From the NCBI RefSeq assembly GCF_009914755.1, contig NC_060937.1: DNA of 64,000 nucleotides; one strand, written 5' to 3'. Every line of letters starts with the position of its first letter. Within the stretch, counting starts at the first letter, position 1. Source of the stretch: the human T2T-CHM13v2.0 reference genome, Homo sapiens. Positions 12,164 to 29,164 of this stretch are shown one piece after another. Under the pieces are notes generated by a model that was given only the letters and a program-made list of their open reading frames with translations, did not search any database and was not told the DNA's origin. Both the position numbers and the translations under genes were made by a program.

Positions 12164-13922
12164 GAGAAATCAACATCCGATGCCATTTACTCTAAAGGGC
12201 AACTGTCCCATTTTAGTTATTTGAAAATGTTTATAAAAGGTAGGACTTCAGAAAGACTATGAAGAAGGCGAGGAGGTTTAGTTGAATGAGAAGAGAAAGG
12301 CGTTTTAAACATAAGTGACAGTGAGAAAGAAAACATGAAACATTAATTCTTGATCATAGAAATGGAATAAATAGCTGGGCAAGAATGTTCTATATCTTAG
12401 ATCATTCTACTCATAAGAACTGAAATATTTTTATAGCAGAACTGTTATTTACAAATTAAGACAGATAGTTAAATAAATGTGTATTACTGGGACTAAAAAT
12501 AGGTGTGGAAAATATTTTTCCAGCAAATATTTTTCTGGTTAAAATGAAGATGTTTCCAGTGGAACTACAATAAACCCTGAGATTTCAAAATGTTTTCTTA
12601 GAGAGTCAACATACATAATAAGGATAGTGAAAAATAACAGTTTACTGGAGTATATAAAAGTGATAATTTGCTATACGAGATTTACCTATCCCCTAAAATC
12701 TGAAAAGAAACCCATTCATAAAATCCTCGTTTCCACATTTGCAATATGATAAGGCCAAATGTCTGCTCCGTAAAGTAGTAAATATCATTTTCTCCATCAT
12801 AAAGAAAAAAGTGTACTTTTTTGTTTTCTCATGGCACAGAGAAAAATATGCTTTTTAAATGACGCTTTATTGTTATTATAAAGTCATTTGTGTGATTAAA
12901 TATATTTGTAATAAATTTGCAGGTACCTTGTGTATTCTTAACACTGCACAAACTGGATCATTACTGATACTTGCTTCTAATCCCAGGTGAAGTAAAGCTA
13001 AGGGATAGATTCTGACTTGCATTTAAATGTTCACTGTCAATGTCACTTTACTATGTAGACAAAAATAAATAAGCATGTTCTATATTTTATTGATGAATAT
13101 ATAGGTGAACACAATTCATCCACAGTACTAAGTTGACTATGTATGGGTACCTAATAAGTTATCACATTGCTGAAGACTGTATCTTTAACACGTTTAAATG
13201 TGCATATAAAAATTGAAAGCTGTTCTAAATATAAATTTGCTAGTATTGCTTACAAACTGGAGAACTAAATATGTGACAAAAATAAAAAGTAAATGTAACT
13301 CACCAGGTTTAAATATGTACTTAATGCTCATATTTACTGTTCACAAATGCAAAAGTTACCCAAAGTAGATTCCAAACATCTTTAGGAATGGTAATTTTAT
13401 TTAATAAAATTCTTCTATCTAATTTCTTTGTTCGAAGTGCAATTTCTAGGTGATATTATTTTTTAATGACTATAATATCATCCTGACATCAAATGATGGT
13501 TATGGGTTTATGAGCATTTTTATAATGTCAGAATTTTAATATTTTAATTGTGAATTCTTAATAACATGAATTCATTCTTCTGTGCTAACTTCGACATCTT
13601 TTCTTTTACGAGGGAATATGTAATTTTATTTTAAGCAGAACAGAGTAAGTATTTGTGCTCTTAAAAATTACCATTTGTTTCATTTTGTGCCTCTTCTAAA
13701 GAGTGTTAGATAAATTGAGAAAACTTTTAGTTTGTGATAGGACTTCATCAGAAAGAGAATAATGACTAAGCCTCTTTCCTTTTTTCTTTCTAACTGCATT
13801 TATTGAAGATTTCTCTCGTGTCATCTAAAAGACAACAAAACTAAAACCCTATGAGAAAAGTCATTCTTTTATGTTTTATATACTTAGTTTTTCAACTATA
13901 GTGGAACTTTACCTACATTTTC

Positions 13923-14236
<314 letters not shown>

Positions 14237-14485
14237 TACCTACATTTTCATATTCCTCTTTTCCTAAATACTACCTTAATGCATAATTTCTGACATAAAA
14301 ATGACCGTATGAGTCAATAAACACAAAGTTTTTTAGTTGCTTTGTGATGGCCATAAAAGTTGCTAAACACAAAGCTCATTTGAATGTTCACGCAGGATGG
14401 ATGGCTAGCCTTACTCACTAGCTAAGGGACAGCTACCATGTAACACAAAGAACTAAAATCAGCATCCCCAGCAAAATTACAAATC

Positions 14486-14878
14486 GTAGTCATGTGTGCA
14501 TAAGACCTTTCAGTCAAAGAAAGACTGCATGTACAAGATGGTCTCATAAGATTATAATGGAGCTGAAAAATTCCTATTGCCTAGTGACATTGTAGTTGTC
14601 ATAAAGTTGTAGCACAATGGGTAACCTTTTCTATGTTTACACGTTTACATACACAAAAACTGCCATTGTGTTACAACTGCCTACAGTATTCAGTACAGTA
14701 ACATGCTGTACAGATTTGTAGCCTAAGAACAATAGGCTATACGGATATTGCCTAGATGTGTAGTAGGCTATACCATGCAGATTTGTGTAAGTGTACTCTA
14801 TGATGTTCCTGCAACAAATCTGCTCTAATGAAGCATTTGTTAGAACATATGCCCATTGCCACTCCACAGACGACTGTA
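14486..14878 (+). mobile_element. Tigger3a/3b (MER7-type) non-autonomous element
   Basis: gtcatg..gactgcatgtac..ggtctcataagattataatggagctgaaaaattcctattgcctagtgac ... cctacagtattcagtacagtaacatgctgtacag ... gactgta. Confidence 0.85.
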
Positions 14879-15559
14879 TTATATGGCATGAAAATCTGGG
14901 ATTATTTATGAATCAAAAGTGGAAAAGTCAACTATGTGAATGCTTGAAAAAAACTTATTAGGTATGATTTTTATAACTATAACTGTTAATCTTACTTGTG
15001 AAATTTTAAGGGAGGGAAAGTGGAGTCTTTTTCTTAACATTTTACAAGTAGTATCAATAGTTATAAACTGGACACTTTCAGGAAAGAGCTGGAAAATTTG
15101 GGTCAGCAAGAGAAATCTTGTGACACAATGTGGTACACCAGGAAAGCCCTGGAGTACATTAGAGATTTAAACACAAGTTCTAATTTTTCCCAATCACTTC
15201 TCTTGGGCCTCATTTATTCTTTTAAATGAAATCTTTTATTCAACCCTTTTGGGCCACATCCCTGGCAGAACCTAATTTAACTAAGAAAATCCATCAAGAC
15301 GCCCGCAGTAGAGTATCATCAATTCTGGCACTAGGTTTGAGGACTCCTGCCTTGAAGATTTGGGAAGAAGATCTAGGTGTTGAATTGGCTTAGCCACTGC
15401 TATTTGTTTTGTGTGTTGTATTCAGCTCTCTCTTTATTGCTCTGATTTCCTGTCTGCTCTGTCTCCTCTAGAGCATCAGCAAATCTGACTTTTGACTTTG
15501 CCTATTCTCAAAACCAACCCACGTAGGTTGAAGGTATTTCATGGCTATTGGCTTACTGT

Positions 15560-16030
15560 CTGTGTTAATATCATCTGTTCACCCATCCAGACCCACTCTT
15601 CACCATTCTTCTTTCATCTCTGTGTCCTAGGAGGCTGAGCTGTACAGACTATGATTATGAACACTACTGCCTCCTGGCTTTCTGCTGTGTTTAGCTAAGG
15701 GGAGCCTTATTATAAGAGTGGACAGGAAGAGGAGGATGAACTTGAAGAATTAATTCTGCTGTCTCTCTATCGTAGCACAAATTTTCAATAAGGGCAATAT
15801 TACCTCTAAGAGGGTAAAAATTGTTACATAGGGTTAAAAAAATGAGCTATTACAATGGTTTGCGGCTTTCTGAAGGGCCACACTATGACAACACATATAC
15901 ACTAAATCTATGGTATTAAACTTTCATGGGGGAGAGGTGATTAGGTATAAAATATCTACAAAGGCTTAATCAGGCAATAGTGACCTACCATCCTCCAGAG
16001 TTATTATGACCTGGCTGCATCCTCCAAATC
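15560..16030. mobile_element. Old LTR relic (LTR33-like) with a probable nested hAT MITE (~15770-15985)
   Basis: ccagacccactcttcacc..ctgtgtcctaggaggctga..tgcctcctggctttctg is LTR33-like; the inner segment looks MER/Charlie-like. Recognition is weak. Confidence 0.4.
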
Positions 16031-16570
16031 AAGGTCAACGTTGTCCTGAGATGATGGGGTAAGTGGAAAGGTAGAAAAGAGCAATAGTGGGAGGGAGAAG
16101 AGGAGCTCTTTTAATTAACTTTAACCATTGAAAATTGAGAAAAGATAATTAAATCCATCAAGAGAAGAATGAGAAGGCCTCTCCTCCTCCTTTCTCCAAC
16201 CTTGATTCTTTTAATTTATATGTTTTCCCTGATCAAATCTTTACATATAAATCAATTCACATCACATTTTCTGAACCCATACATAAACAAAGAGGGAGTT
16301 TTAACAGAAATTGATGTCTAGAGAGTCTGTTACATTTTACGTAGCTCTTTCAATTATATGCTCTTATTCTCAAAGTGCTTTTGTATTATTTTATAAATAA
16401 AGATGCTAGACATAAATTGCTTGTGAAATCCATCCAAGATCATAGCTGGGAAACAGCAGTGTTAAAACCCAAATATTTTAAAAATATATAGATTTTATCC
16501 TTTTTCAATTTCAACAAGTTGCCTCAAGTTACTTGCTAATAAGTAAGTAGAAGGTAGTCATTGCAAATAA

Positions 16571-16902
<332 letters not shown>

Positions 16903-16907
16903 TCACT

Positions 16908-18701
<1,794 letters not shown>

Positions 18702-19019
18702 GTAAGTTTCAACCAATAAAATTACATTAGAAGGAAAGAGCCAACAAACATAATTTTCAATTTATGTTAATTCTTTTTGGTGGCTGTGTACTATTCCACA
18801 GTATCTTTTATGTAACTATTTTAAGTAGGAATATTAAAGTTATCTGGCACATAATTATAATAGTACTTATTTAGAGAATTGTTTATTAATCAGTTAATTA
18901 ATCAGCTTATCAAGAATGTCTTTGAAAGAGTCATTGATGTTTTAAAAAATCCCATGTTAAAAGTTTTATCTATAAACAATTACATGGCATGAATTACTTT
19001 CTTTGCCATCCGCTTTCCA

Positions 19020-19021
<2 letters not shown>

Positions 19022-19054
<33 letters not shown>

Positions 19055-19069
19055 CACACGCACACACAC
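19022..19069. repeat. (CA)n microsatellite
   Basis: About 15 perfect CA units plus an interrupted extension. Confidence 0.95.
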
Positions 19070-19104
19070 TTTAGAGCACCAAGAGTAACAATGTGTTGAA
19101 ATAA

Positions 19105-19213
19105 AAAATCAGTTCTGGGGATATAAGGTACAGCATGATGACTATAGTTCATAATACTGTATTATTTACTTGAAATTTGATGACAGCAGAGTTTTAAGTG
19201 TACTCCCCACCCT

Positions 19214-19256
<43 letters not shown>

Positions 19257-19410
19257 AATGGTAACTATGAGTGGTGATGGATGCATTAATTTGATATAGT
19301 CAGTACACAATGTATACATATATCAAATCATCATATTTTACACTTTGAATACATACAAGTTTCATTTGTCAATTAAATATTTAAAAATTTTAAGAAGAAT
19401 GTAAAAAAGA
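19105..19410 (+). mobile_element. L1MA (L1MA9/10-like) 3' end with internal (CA)n
   Basis: agttctggggatataaggtacagcatgatgactatagttcataatactgtatt..tacttgaaattt..ggtaactatg..ggtgatggat..atcaaatcatc; CA repeat at about 19217-19255. Confidence 0.8.
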
Positions 19411-19641
19411 AATAAAATATCAAGACCATGACAATGATTTCAGTTTTAAAGAATCCAAAATATAGTTTGGTATTTACAAAATACCAAATCACTAATTGAT
19501 TTCATTAATTTATACAAACAACTGCTTGTTTAACAGCCAGTTTAGTTGCCTAACTGAATTGACTGTTATTTTAGTCCAAATGTTTAATCTGGTAGGTTAG
19601 TATAAATACTGTCCCAGTGTTTCCCCCTGGTTACTTTCAAG

Positions 19642-19714
19642 GTTACATTTCCCTCAGAGACTGAAGACATGCACCTACCGAACAAAGTACGCCAACCTTT
19701 CAGCAGACACAGAG
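19642..19714 (+). other. Candidate 73-nt internal exon
   Basis: tgtttccccctggttactttcaag| acceptor and GAG|GTAATT donor; open in phase 0 (VTFPSETEDMHLPNKVRQPFSRHR). Confidence 0.3.
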
Positions 19715-20395
19715 GTAATTCTGGTGTGTTCAACAGTGATTTGACTCCTGTCACATATGTCTGAAGAGCAAAGGGCTACATTGAAAGAAACTGTCTAGAG
19801 ACTAAGTGTTTCAAATTCTCTTGAAAATTCAAACAATCCTGCAAAGGACAGGCATGGTAGAAAAAGAAATCTCAGGTGAATAGGTTCTGGAGAGTCTATT
19901 AGTTTGTAGAAGAAAAAGATGCCAAATGTGAAATAAAAACCATTAGTTGAACCAGAAACATTAAATGAGTGTGTTTTGTGGGGACGTGCTGCTATGAACA
20001 TTACTGTAAAATTTCAGAAAACCATTCAATTATGCCTGACAGCTTTTAAAGACCCTGAATCTTTAGTTCAATCAAAGTGTATTTATTTATTATGAAATAA
20101 ACTGTTGACGTGTCATTGAAAAGTTTTTTAAAAACTTTCCTACTTAACCCCAGTATTCAGATATCACACTTTGCAAATCATCCACAGCACCAAAATTAAA
20201 AGCTGGAGTAATATCTAAATCAGAAAATTCAAAGGAATGATTGACATACTTGTAAACCTCCTAGGGCAAAGAAACCATGAAAGTAAAATAAAAGGTAAAA
20301 ATTTTTTAGAAGGCAAGCAAAAAGGATGTTGGAAATTTTTATAGTGACATGTAAAGCTAATATAAAGCAGACAAACATAGAAAAATGGTCTGAAA

Positions 20396-20591
<196 letters not shown>

Positions 20592-21819
20592 CTAGAGAAA
20601 AAATAAAAATTATCAATAAACATAGGAAAAGATGATTAATCTGACTAATAATTACAGATGTAAAAAGTAAAATATCACTTTGATATTATTTTGATTATTA
20701 AGACAATAAAAGAAAAAAGAATAACATCTATAATTGGCAGAGTATAGATAAACTAGGACTTTCACACTTTGGGGTACCTATGAAAGCAAAAATTTGTACA
20801 AGCAATGGAATGATTCCTCTTTTACATCAACAATAAAATTAATTTGATATTTACCTCTAATATAAACTTCCCTCTTAGTACTGCTTTTATTGTATCCCAT
20901 AGGTTTTAGTATGTTGTGCTTCTGTTTTCATTCATCTCAAGAAAACTTTTCATTTTCTTCTCAATTTCTTCAATCACCCATTGTTCATTCAAAACCATGC
21001 TATTTAATTTCCATGTACAGGCATATCTCAGAAAAGCATGGATTCAGTTCCTGACCAGTGTAGCAAATATCGCAATGCTAGAGACTAAGTTTTCTGAATT
21101 GTTATGGCTGTGTCCATTTCTTAAAATAAGACAATGAAGCTTGCTGAATCGATCGGCTCTTCCTTTCATGAAAGATTTCTCTGCAGCACGTGATGCTGTT
21201 TGATAGCATTTTACCCCAGTCAAACTTCTTTCAAAATTGGAGTCAATCCTCTCAAATCCTGCCACTTAATTATCAACTAAGCTTATATAATATTTAAAAT
21301 TATTCGTTGTCATTTCAACAATGTTCATAGCATCTTGACCAGGAGTGGATTCCATCTCAAGAAACCACTTTCTTGGCTCATCCATAAGAAGCAACTCCTC
21401 ATCTGTTAAAGTTTTATCATGAGATTGCAACAATTCAGGCATATCTTTAGGCTCCTATTCTAATTCTAGTTCTCTTGCTGTTTCTATCACATCTGTAGTT
21501 ATCTCCTCCACTGAAGACTTGAACCCCTAAAAGTCATCCATGGAGGCTGAAATCAACTTCTTCCAAATGCATGTTAATGTTGGTTGATATTTTGACTTCC
21601 TCTCATGAATCACAAATGTTCTCAATGGAATCTAGAATGGTGAATCCTTTCCAGAAGGTTTTCAATGTGCATTGTCCAGATCCATCAGAAGAATCACTAT
21701 TTATAGCCGCTATAGCTTTGTGAAATGTATTTCTTATATAAGACTTGAAAGTTAAAATGACTCCTTGATCCATAAGATGCAGAATGGATGTTGTGTTAGC
21801 ATGCATAAAAACAACATTA

Positions 21820-22186
<367 letters not shown>

Positions 22187-23033
22187 TCATATTTTGAAAT
22201 GAACCATTTTTCTCTGAGCAGGTCTCAGCAGTGGGCTTAAAATATTCAGTAAAGCATTCTTAAACAGATGTGCTGCCATCCAGGATTTGTTTTTCCATTT
22301 CTGGAACACAGGTAGAGAGGATTTAGCATAATTCTTAAGGTCCCTAGGATTTTTAGAATGGTAAATGGGCATTGGCTTCAGCTTTAAGCAACCAGCTCCA
22401 TTAGCCCCTAAAAAGGGAGTCAGTCTGTCCTTTGTAGTTTTGAAGCCAGGCATTGACTTCTCTCAAGCTGTGAAAGTCCTAGATGGCATCTTCTTCCAAT
22501 GTAAGGCTGCTTTATCTACATTGAAAATCTGTTGTTTAGTGTAGCCACCCTCATCAGTGATCTTGGTTAGATCTTCTAGACAACTTGCTGCAGCTTCTAC
22601 ATCAGCATTTGCTGCTTGCTTCACCTTGCACTTTTATATTACGGAGATGGCTTCTTTCCTTAAATTTTATGAACGAACTTCTTCTAGGTTCCAACTTTTC
22701 TTCTGCAGCTTCCTCACCTCTCTCAGCCTTCATATAATTGAAGAGGGTTAGGGCCTTGCTCTGGATTAGGCTTTGGTTTAAGAGAGTGTTGTGGGAGGTT
22801 TGATCTTTTATCCAGACCACCCAGACTTTCTCCATATCAGCAATAAGGCTGTTTTGCTTCTTTATCATTTGTGTGTTTACTTGGAGTAGCACTTGTAGCA
22901 CTTTTAACTTCCTTAAGAACTTTTCCTTTGCATTCATCACTTAGCTGATTGGCACAAGAGGCCTAGCTTTCAGCCTGTCTCAGTTTTGGATATGCCTTCC
23001 TCACTAAACTTAATCATTTCTGGATTTTGTTCC

Positions 23034-23217
23034 TTTTTTTTTTTTTTTTTTTTTGAGACAGAGGGTCACTCTCTCACCAAGCTAGAACTCCTAGGCTCAA
23101 GCAATCCTTTCACCCCAGCCTCCTAAGTAGCCAGGACTACAGGTGTGCACCACCACGCCCAGCTAACTTTTTCATTTTTTGTAGAGATAGCATCTCACTG
23201 TGTTGCTCAAGCTGGCC
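23034..23217 (-). mobile_element. Truncated/deleted AluJ in Tigger1
   Basis: Poly-T, partial right arm with a deletion, linker and partial left arm. Confidence 0.8.
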
Positions 23218-24328
23218 CATTTCTAGCTTTTGATTTAAAGTGTGAGACATGTGACTTTTCATTTCACTTGAAGACTTAGAGGCCATTGTGGGTTATTAAT
23301 TGGCCTAACTTTAATACTGCTGTGTCTCAAGGATTAGGGAGGCCCAAGGAGAGAGGGAGATGGGAAATGGCCCCTAAATGGAGCAGTCAGAACGCATGCA
23401 ACATTTACTGATAAAGGTCACTATCTTATATGGGTGTGTGTGGCTTGTGGTGCCCCAAAACAATGACAATAGTAACATCAAAGATCACTGACCACATATT
23501 ACCATAATAGATAATGAAACAACATTAATAATAGAAAATGAAAAAGTCTGAAGTATCATGAGAATTCCCAAAATGTGACACAGAGACACAAAGTGAGCAC
23601 CTGCTGTTGGAAAGATGGCGTCAATAGACTTGACACAGAGTTGCCACAAACCTTCAATTTGGGAAACATGCAGTACCTATGAAGTGCAATAAAGTGAAGC
23701 ACAAAAAAAAGAGGTATGTCTGCATTTGTAGTTTCCAAGGTTCCTCTTGTATCGATTTCTAGTTTTATTTCATTGTGGTCAGAAAGATATTTATCCTCAG
23801 TTGATCAGTTTACATTGTATACATGCATTGAAATATATGTACCCCATAAATATGTACAATTATTATTTACCAATTAAAAAAAAGAAAAAAGAAAAGCAGT
23901 TTGGCTGTAAAATTACAAATAAAATATGTCTATACAGTCTATACACTTTAGCTTAAAAAATCTGTTCCTAGGGCTTTCCCCTTAAAAAAGTGATTATATA
24001 CTTGACCAAAACGTATATACAGGAATATTCTGTTCTGCATTATCTATATTGGTAAAAGCTTGGCAATAATAGAAATGTTCATCAAAAAGGAATTAGGTAA
24101 ATAGATAGTAGAGTAGTCATATAATAGAATATTCCACAGTTATTAAAAGTGTTGTTGGAGTTCCATATGAACAGAGTTAAACTGCAGTAATATTAACCCA
24201 CATTATATCCCCACCTATTGTTAAATTAATGCATTCTTGACTCAAAAAGAGGACAAATATAACTGAGAAAATAGGTGCTTGGGAATAAAATTTTAAACTT
24301 AATAAGCTTTAGGTTTGTAAGAGCTGAA

Positions 24329-24631
24329 CTTTTTTTTTTTTTTTTTTTTTGAGACAGAGTCTTGCTCTGTTGCCCAGGCTGGAGTACAATGGCCCGATCT
24401 CAGCTCACTGCAACCTCCGCCTCCTGGGTTCAAGCAATTCTCTGCCTCAGCCTCCCAAGTAGCTGAGATTACAGGCATGCACCATCATACCCAGCTAATT
24501 TTTGTATTTTTAGTAAGGACGGGGTTTCACCATGTTGGCCAGGCTGGTTTTGAACTCCCAACCCCAGGTGATCCGCCCACCTCAGGCTCCCAAAGTGCTG
24601 GGATTAAAGGCATGAGCCACCACGCCCAGCC
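24329..24631 (-). mobile_element. AluSx/Sq
   Basis: Poly-T and full Alu; TSD gagctgaac. Confidence 0.93.
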
Positions 24632-25021
24632 GGAGCTGAACCTTTTAAGAGAAAGATGTTTAGTTTGAAAAGTTCGTCTTTGCATGTTAAAAGCCAAAGT
24701 CCTCAGATGTTAAAAATGAATGGTAGATTTGGAAGCATAATGTCTGACCAGTGTTTTCCCCTTACTGGACAGAGAAACAGGTTTATTTTTCACAGAGGTT
24801 AGAGTGATGGAGTTGGCTGTGGGTGGTGGTCTCTGGGAAGAAATACAGTTCTCTGCTGCCCTTTTGGCCAAGCTTTGAAGGTGGGATGAGTAGGAGCAAT
24901 AGAAATCCAATGAGTTTGGGTGGGGAGCATTCATGGAGAAGGCATCTGTGTTTTACTTTTCTAGGTATAGCCCAGGAACACTGCAGGACTTTTAAAGAAA
25001 CTTCCTGTTCAGTATGTATTA

Positions 25022-25537
25022 ATATATTAGTTTCCTATGGCTGCTTTAACAAACTACCACACACTTGGTGATTTAAAACAACATACATTTGTTATCTTAT
25101 CATTCTAGAGGTCAGAAGTCCAAAATCAGTCTCAGTGGGCTAAACATCAAGACAGGTGAGAGAGCTGCATTGCTTCTGAAGGCTTAAGGGGAGGATCTGT
25201 TCTTTGACTTTTCTGGCTTCTAGAGGCTGCCTCTATTCTTGGCTCCTTAGTCCTTCCTCCATCTCTAAAGCCAGCAGCATAGCACCTTTGAATCTTTCTA
25301 TCTCTGCTTCCAACATCACACCTCCTTTTCTGCTTCTGACTCTCCTGCTTCTCTCTTATAAGGGTTCTTGTGATTACATTTGGCCCGCCAGGATAATCGG
25401 TATAATCTCTCCGTATCAAGATCTTTAATTTAATCACATCTGCAAAGTCTCTTTTATCATGTAAGATAGTACATTCACAGGTTCTGCGAATGAGATTTTG
25501 AACATCTTTGGGGGTCATTATTCTGCATACTACCACA
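25022..25537 (-). mobile_element. MaLR LTR, MLT1D-like solo LTR
   Basis: attagtttcctatggctgctttaacaaactaccaca..tttaaaacaac..ctagaggtcagaagtcc ... taatcacatctgcaaagtc ... catctttgggggtcattattctgc..taccaca. Confidence 0.85.
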
Positions 25538-26183
25538 TGGTACCCCTAACAGTAGAATAGCAATGACTGTGTTAAATGTGTCAGCAGATGGTCCCAAGGG
25601 CAACTTCAGTTTAGTGTTGGATGAGAGGGCACAGACAGACTGGTTGGGCAGACTTGAAGAGGCCTTGTATTTGGAATAAGGAGGATGAAGAATGAAGAAT
25701 CTGACAGGCAGATGTCAAGGAATGATTCCAGCCTCTTCGCAGATGTAGCAAGTGTAGAAGCCATTGTGCAAAGGACTTTAGTATCTTTGCTGTCCAGATG
25801 ATTTTTAGCTCTTGTCTGATTACTGAAAAATCATCCTAGGTGAAGAGACGGAGAAGTGAGAGAGAAAAAAATCCTGAAGTGATGAGATTAGGTCAAACCA
25901 GAGTAACCAAGAAAACAAAGGAGTGACTGAGTTGACCATGAATTGGCCAGATTGACTTTTCTACTAGTCGTGGATCTTAAGAATAAATTAAATAGCATTT
26001 TAGAAAGGTACGTTTTTGTGCATCTTAGTAACTACTTTGAAATGCATAAACAAAATATATATGTATTGATAGGGAAAGGTGTCTACAATATATTATTATA
26101 TGAAAGAACCACATTATAAAACATGTTATTATATTCAAATTGTTATATTGTATTTACATGTTTTTATGCATAGAAAAGTGCCT

Positions 26184-26317
26184 TATTTATTTATTTGTTT
26201 ATAGGTAAGGTCTCACTATGTTGTTCAGACTGGCCTTGAATTCCTGAGCTCAAGTGATCCTCCTGCCTCAGTGTCCCAAGTAGCTGGAACTACAGGCGCA
26301 GGCCACCATGCCCAGCT
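26184..26317 (-). mobile_element. FLAM (free left Alu monomer)
   Basis: (TTTA)n tail and a single monomer; TSD tagaaaa(g/a)tg(c/t)ctt. Confidence 0.85.
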
Positions 26318-26589
26318 AGAAAAATGTCTTAAAGTTTATATTCCTATTCAGACATGGCTCTCTCTGGGTGATTGAATAAGAGATTTCTCTGTGTACTTTT
26401 TTATATTGATTCAATTTTAGATCCGTGCTATTGTCCTTACACTAAGCATGTACTATTTGAATCATCAGTAAAAACAGCAGAGTCATTTCCATCTTACAAA
26501 AAGCTATGGTAAAAGATACCATCATTTATTTTAGATAGTGAAATAGTATGTAAATAACACTGAACAACAACTGTTGACAGCAAAATGAG

Positions 26590-26690
26590 ATCAAGTGTCA
26601 GTTTTCCAACTTACTAGTCATGTAACCTTGGGCAAGCTACCTACAATTTCTGGGCCCCATCTGAAAACTGGGGATAATAATGCACAGTGA
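26590..26690 (+). mobile_element. MIR fragment
   Basis: acttactagtcatgtaaccttgggcaagctacct..catctgaaaactggggataataa core. Confidence 0.65.
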
Positions 26691-27316
26691 TACCAAATGG
26701 AATGCAGTGGGCTTGACATTTACTGCGTTAGTTAATTCTCAAAACAACTCTCGATGTGATATTATCATCCCGTTATGTAAAATCAAATATAGAAACTATA
26801 TACTGCAGCTCTTTGAAAAACCATAATAGAAACCTAAGATACTCCTGCAACACAGTCAAGAAATGCTTACAGTGCTCCGCATAGATATAGATGCCACATA
26901 TAAGCTCTTTAAACAATATTTTGATAACTTAATTTTCAGTATGAATATTAGGCTCCTCTAAAACTTTCAGCAATTGGAAGAATGATCCGTGAGTTCTCTG
27001 CCTAGAGATAGCCTCTTTAAAACCAAACGATATTTCAGTGGTTCACTTTCCTACCTGCTGGCAGCCTGGGCTCTTGATGAAAGCTTTGTTGTTGAGAAAG
27101 TGTTGTTGTTGAGAGTTGAGTGAAAGTATCCATTATCAATTGTGTTTACTAAATTCAAGGTATTTGCTGTAGCAGCTATGTGTGTGTTTGTATACACATG
27201 AATATACATATATGATAATATACATATTATCATTTTAAATGGTTAGCTATTATTAATTACCTAGTACTCTGATTAAGATGAGATACATTAAGGATACAAA
27301 TTAAGAAACTGGGATC

Positions 27317-27635
<319 letters not shown>

Positions 27636-27724
27636 AAGCTAGGATCAGGAATATGGGCCAAGTATAAGGCTATATAAAGTAAAAGTGTCTAGAAATATTC
27701 CATATAACCTGAATAGGAAAAACT

Positions 27725-28020
27725 AGTATAAATTCATCCTTTCTTCCTAAAAACCTTTAAGGCTAGAAATATTTTAGAATTCAGAATTCTTGGCTTTCAG
27801 AAAGGTACTTGAATGCACATGCCTTCTGTAATGTACTGATATATATTATATAACATCACCAACAGGTCTGTGCCCTGTAATCACCACATTGTCACTTCTG
27901 CAGAGAAAGGAATGAATATTCATACTAAGTCGGATAAATAAAGTCTTTAAACAGCCTTATATCAGCTCAGGTTTTGCTGCCAAATGAGTATGTACCAAAC
28001 TCAGGGAAAACTTTTCAGTT
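27725..28020. mobile_element. MER46C-like (Tigger) element
   Basis: ttcagaattc..tttcagaaaggta..tgtaatcaccacatt..tctgcag..atgaatattcatactaagt..ggataaataaag..caggttttgctgccaaatgagt. Confidence 0.65.
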
Positions 28021-28076
28021 GATTAAACTCCATAATGAGAAATGAGGTGCTTCCGTTTTCTTCAAGTTGTTTTCAG

Positions 28077-28280
28077 GTTTTCATTTTCCTGCTCTTGATG
28101 ATATGCTGAGAAGGGCTTACGGTTGTAGAAAGAGATAATGTGAACACACAGCATTGACTTTTATCAACAGCTTTATCGCTTAGTGGTGATGAGAAAGTTG
28201 TCTATACAGAGGGAATTTCTTCCTTCACAGCTTCAGTGTTCACTTCCTAGATGAATAAAACTTACCTATGTCACTGGATG
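28077..28280 (+). other. Candidate terminal exon (short coding tail, stop, AATAAA)
   Basis: ccgttttcttcaagttgttttcag| acceptor; phase-1 reading (G)FHFPALDDMLRRAYGCRKR-TAA (28136-28138); AATAAA at 28254-28259. Confidence 0.25.
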
Positions 28281-28623
28281 CAAAGAGTTGATCAACACTT
28301 TCCTGTGTTAAGCTTTTAGAAGCCTTTAGTTTGTATGAAAACCTAACTCTTGGCCTCCGCTCTCTGGGCTTCTGCTAATAGTAATGCTTATCTATTTCAA
28401 GTTCCAATGACCTAGTTGCAATTATTTCTAGTGTTGATACACTTAGGACTGTAGATATTTTCATAATTTGAGTTATTACGTGAGTAAGGTGAGTAAAGTG
28501 TACATTTTTCCTGGACATTGGGTGAAATATTTCCATTAGCAATAGGTCAAACATAAATAGTGATAAGGTTGGAGAAAAGTTTTCAAGGGGTAGCTTAAAA
28601 ACCTTGCTTCAAAAGGAAGCAGA

Positions 28624-28925
28624 AGGCTGGACATGGTGGCTCACACTTGTAATCTCAGCACTTTGGAAGGCCAAGGCGGGTGACTCTCTTGAGCCCAGAA
28701 GTTCGAGACCAGCCTGGGCAACATGGCAAAATCCTGTCTCTATAAAATATACAAAAATTAGCTGGGTATGGTGGCATCCATCTGTAGTCCCAGCTACTTG
28801 GGAGGCTAAGGTGGGAGAACACTTGAGATCAGGAGGTTGAGGCTCAGTGAGATTGCACCACTGCACTTCACCCTGGGCAAAAGAGTGAGACCCCATCTCA
28901 AACAACCACAACAACAACAACAAAA
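28624..28925 (+). mobile_element. AluJ
   Basis: Alu dimer with (CAA)n tail; TSD aaaaggaagcaga. Confidence 0.92.
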
Positions 28926-29164
28926 AGGAAGCAGATATCTAAGTATTTATGTCAAGACTTAGGATATAATAAGGGATGGAATATCCATGGAAGATATAAC
29001 AATGAGAAAGGATACAGAAACAGTTTTAAACTTCTTCGCACTCCTCAATCTTCCAGCGATTCTGTCAACATGGATCCAGCTGTGCTGGAAGAGAATAGGC
29101 ATGTTATATTCATCTAAGTAGCCTTACAACTGGAGCTTCATGAGAGCAAAAGTTTGGCAGACCC

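Noticed and set aside
12923-13620. Possible additional upstream exons of the decayed gene (acceptor-like sites at 12922 and 13449)
   Set aside because: Donor sites are weak or ambiguous and no consistent reading frame could be built.
25147-25536. 129-aa ORF, the longest in the window
   Set aside because: Lies entirely within an MLT1D LTR.
28121-28246. Minus-strand exon-like segment (ttttattcatctAG…ACC|GTAAGC)
   Set aside because: Stops occur in all three frames and no partner exons are evident; it cannot be distinguished from chance.
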